Source: Escherichia phage PSD2002. Taken from it: DNA of 64,000 bases. Position numbers and translations under genes: made by a program. The stretch lies in sequence record OK335775.1. One strand, 5' to 3'. The notes beneath the pieces are model-generated. The model saw only the letters and a list, made by a program, of their open reading frames with translations. It searched no databases and had not been told where the DNA came from. Shown one piece after another: positions 62,400 through 64,000 of the stretch; the stretch's first letter is position 1; every line of letters starts with the position of its first letter.

Positions 62400-62864
62400 A
62401 TGAAAACTTACAATGAATTTTTGACTGAACAATCTAGTTCAGATGTAAAAGCCGCTGCTATTGCAGCAATTCAAGCAGGTAAATATTCTTACAAAGACGC
62501 CTCTGATGAAGAACGTTTCCGTTTTATTAAAGATTTTAAAGCCGAAGGTTTTACTAATGCTAATACTGTTAGCCGAGTTTTTAAAAGCCTAGCTGCATCA
62601 GGTGAATTGTTCCAGAAAGCTACAGGTAAAGCACCTGCGTCAAAAGCGGACCCTAAAGCCGCTCAAGAAAAAAATATCGCCAAAGGAATTATTTCTAAGT
62701 ATGAAGCAATTCTTAAAGAGCTTTTAGTAATCAAAACAGAAGGCCAGAAACTGGCACGAGCACATAGCTTCAAAGATAATCCACATGCTCACGACTTAGA
62801 GTATGTTGAAGATATTCAGAAAATCATCAAAGACCGTATCTGGTCTGCTAAACAAATCAAATAA
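62400..62864 (+). CDS. internal-protein-like gene 4 (MKTYNEFLTEQ...)
   Basis: Capsid-targeting-like N-terminus with L-T-E gp21-type site; late promoter. Confidence 0.65.
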   Translation: MKTYNEFLTEQSSSDVKAAAIAAIQAGKYSYKDASDEERFRFIKDFKAEGFTNANTVSRVFKSLAASGELFQKATGKAPASKADPKAAQEKNIAKGIISKYEAILKELLVIKTEGQKLARAHSFKDNPHAHDLEYVEDIQKIIKDRIWSAKQIK

Positions 62865-62866
62865 CG

Positions 62867-62888
62867 AAAGCCCCAGATGGGGCTTTTT
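62867..62888 (+). terminator. stem-loop AGCCCC-AGAT-GGGGCT + T5
   Basis: Perfect 6-bp stem followed by TTTTT directly after the stop codon. Confidence 0.6.
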
Positions 62889-62979
62889 GGTTAACTTAGA
62901 GAAATATATGAAACTTTTAAAATAAAGCTATGTTAGCCTTCCACATAAACCCATTCCGGTTCTACAAGAACTGATTCTA

Positions 62980-63007
62980 GGCCCTTCCGAAAGGTTGGGC
63001 CTTTTTT
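62980..63007 (+). terminator. terminator GGCCCTTCCGAAAGGTTGGGCC + T6 (repeated element)
   Basis: Identical to the element at 16963. Confidence 0.6.
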
Positions 63008-63030
63008 GTTTCTAAAAAGTTTAAAAAGTT

Positions 63031-63060
63031 GTTTACACCTCCTTTAAACATGATACTATA
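63031..63060 (+). promoter_or_regulatory. early promoter cassette (GTTTACA ... TGATACTATAGACCTATCAAAACAA)
   Basis: Third copy of the conserved early-promoter core. Confidence 0.55.
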
Positions 63061-63094
63061 GACCTATCAAAACAACAGAGTGAAGGAGAGTAAA

Positions 63095-63358
63095 ATGGAT
63101 AATTATGGTGAATTGTTTAATTTCTTTATGAAATGCGTTCCGGAAGAATTTGGTGCTACAGTTAACGATATTAAAGTTATCGGTCCTGAACACCCGGTGT
63201 ATGAAACCTATGCAGTAATGGGTAATGAAGATGGACAGTGGTATACAATTAAAGTTGTGATTAATATGTTCTCAGCTGAAGGTTACGCCAAATCGTCTAC
63301 CAAAGTTTACCATGGTAATGATTTTGATGCAGAAAATTATTTCAATAATATGAAATAA
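63095..63358 (+). CDS. hypothetical protein (87 aa)
   Basis: Track ORF 63080..63358 begins at GTG; ATG at 63095 follows GAAGGAGAG. Confidence 0.5.
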   Translation: MDNYGELFNFFMKCVPEEFGATVNDIKVIGPEHPVYETYAVMGNEDGQWYTIKVVINMFSAEGYAKSSTKVYHGNDFDAENYFNNMK

Positions 63359-63361
63359 AAC

Positions 63362-63397
63362 GTTTACATGGGCTCATGATTAAGATATTATGAGCCC
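63362..63397 (+). promoter_or_regulatory. early promoter (GTTTACA, 17-bp spacer, TATTAT) with 8-bp inverted repeat across spacer and -10
   Basis: GGGCTCAT at 63370-63377 pairs with ATGAGCCC at 63390-63397. Confidence 0.45.
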
Positions 63398-63416
63398 ATA
63401 ATTTGAGGAGAACATA

Positions 63417-63815
63417 ATGAATATCGAAGATAAAGAAATGCAAGAGTTGTATAATTCATTAACACCTGAACAACAAAAATATGCCAAAGAACTAGAGAAA
63501 GCTCTTACTTTCAACTTGGCAAAAACTGATTGGGCCGCGATGTATGAAGAAAAAACTAGATTAGAAATTGAAGCTGCTGAGAGAAATGAATGGGTTGTCG
63601 AAACCAAGATTTCTGATGGTGGTTGCTCTGTTGAGGTGTCAGCTGTAGTTAAAGGTACCCATGGCGAAAAATCATGGGGCTGGCATAATGAAGCAAACAA
63701 ATGTATTGTTCTCTCAACGTCAAAAACTTATGGGCAAAGGGCTCCTGTATCCAAAGCTATTATTAAGCAAGCTCAATGGGAAGCCAATGAAATTTGCCTC
63801 GCAAAAATGAAATAA
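63417..63815 (+). CDS. hypothetical protein (132 aa)
   Basis: Track ORF with ATG and GAGGAG RBS; no recognisable motif. Confidence 0.5.
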   Translation: MNIEDKEMQELYNSLTPEQQKYAKELEKALTFNLAKTDWAAMYEEKTRLEIEAAERNEWVVETKISDGGCSVEVSAVVKGTHGEKSWGWHNEANKCIVLSTSKTYGQRAPVSKAIIKQAQWEANEICLAKMK

Positions 63816-63819
63816 AAAT

Positions 63820-63855
63820 GTTTACAACCCTCAGAGGACAGGGTATAATGTCCTC
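63820..63855 (+). promoter_or_regulatory. early promoter (GTTTACA, 17-bp spacer, TATAAT) with 7-bp inverted repeat flanking the -10
   Basis: GAGGACA at 63834-63840 pairs with TGTCCTC at 63849-63855. Confidence 0.45.
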
Positions 63856-63891
63856 ATGGATTATAAATCTTAATCAACTGAAGGAAATACT

Positions 63892-64000
63892 ATGAACACT
63901 TTAAAGAAAATCGTTGAATTCATCCGTTCTAAACTGGGTACCGCAATGACTCAGAACCTGTCAATCGAAGACCAATACACCAAAGCGGCTTCTACCCTGA
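63892..64000 (+). CDS. hypothetical protein, 3'-truncated at window edge
   Basis: ATG at 63892 after GAAGGAAA; frame open to the end of the window ([16 protein letters not shown]...). Confidence 0.4.
   Translation, partial: MNTLKKIVEFIRSKLGTAMTQNLSIEDQYTKAASTL

Overview
This window is a near-complete late/structural block of a T4-like myovirus (Tevenvirinae), in reverse orientation to the conventional T4 map. Gene order: 30 (DNA ligase) - alt - 54/48/29/28/27/51 - 26/25 - uvsY - uvsW - inh/hoc/rnlB - 24 - 23 - 22 - 21 - 68 - 67 - 20 - 19 - 18 - 17 - 16 - 15 - 14 - 13 - wac - 12 - 11 - 10 - 9 - 8 - 7 - 6 - 5 - 53 - 4/2/3/1 - 57A/57B - internal-protein / tRNA hyperplastic region. Calls rest on the supplied ORF track, recalled T4 protein sequences and lengths, catalytic motifs and synteny; no database search was run. 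Several track ORFs begin at GTG/TTG, so starts were moved to the nearest ATG with a Shine-Dalgarno where justified. Departures from T4 worth attention: (1) three tandem, diverged Alt-like ADP-ribosyltransferase genes instead of one; (2) an array of four small genes with the internal-protein capsid-targeting N-terminus (MKTYxEF...), each behind its own promoter cassette; (3) a 687-aa ORF of no recognisable family between gp5 and gp6 where T4 has small 5.x ORFs; (4) a second, diverged gp24 paralog; (5) an HNH-NUMOD homing endonuclease between uvsW and uvsW.1 with a TTG start; (6) about 380 nt of non-coding, tRNA-like sequence after two tRNA genes; (7) repeated terminator-plus-early-promoter cassettes and palindromic bidirectional late promoters. 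No CRISPR array, integrase or host gene was seen. Short-motif coordinates were counted by hand and may be off by 1-2 nt.
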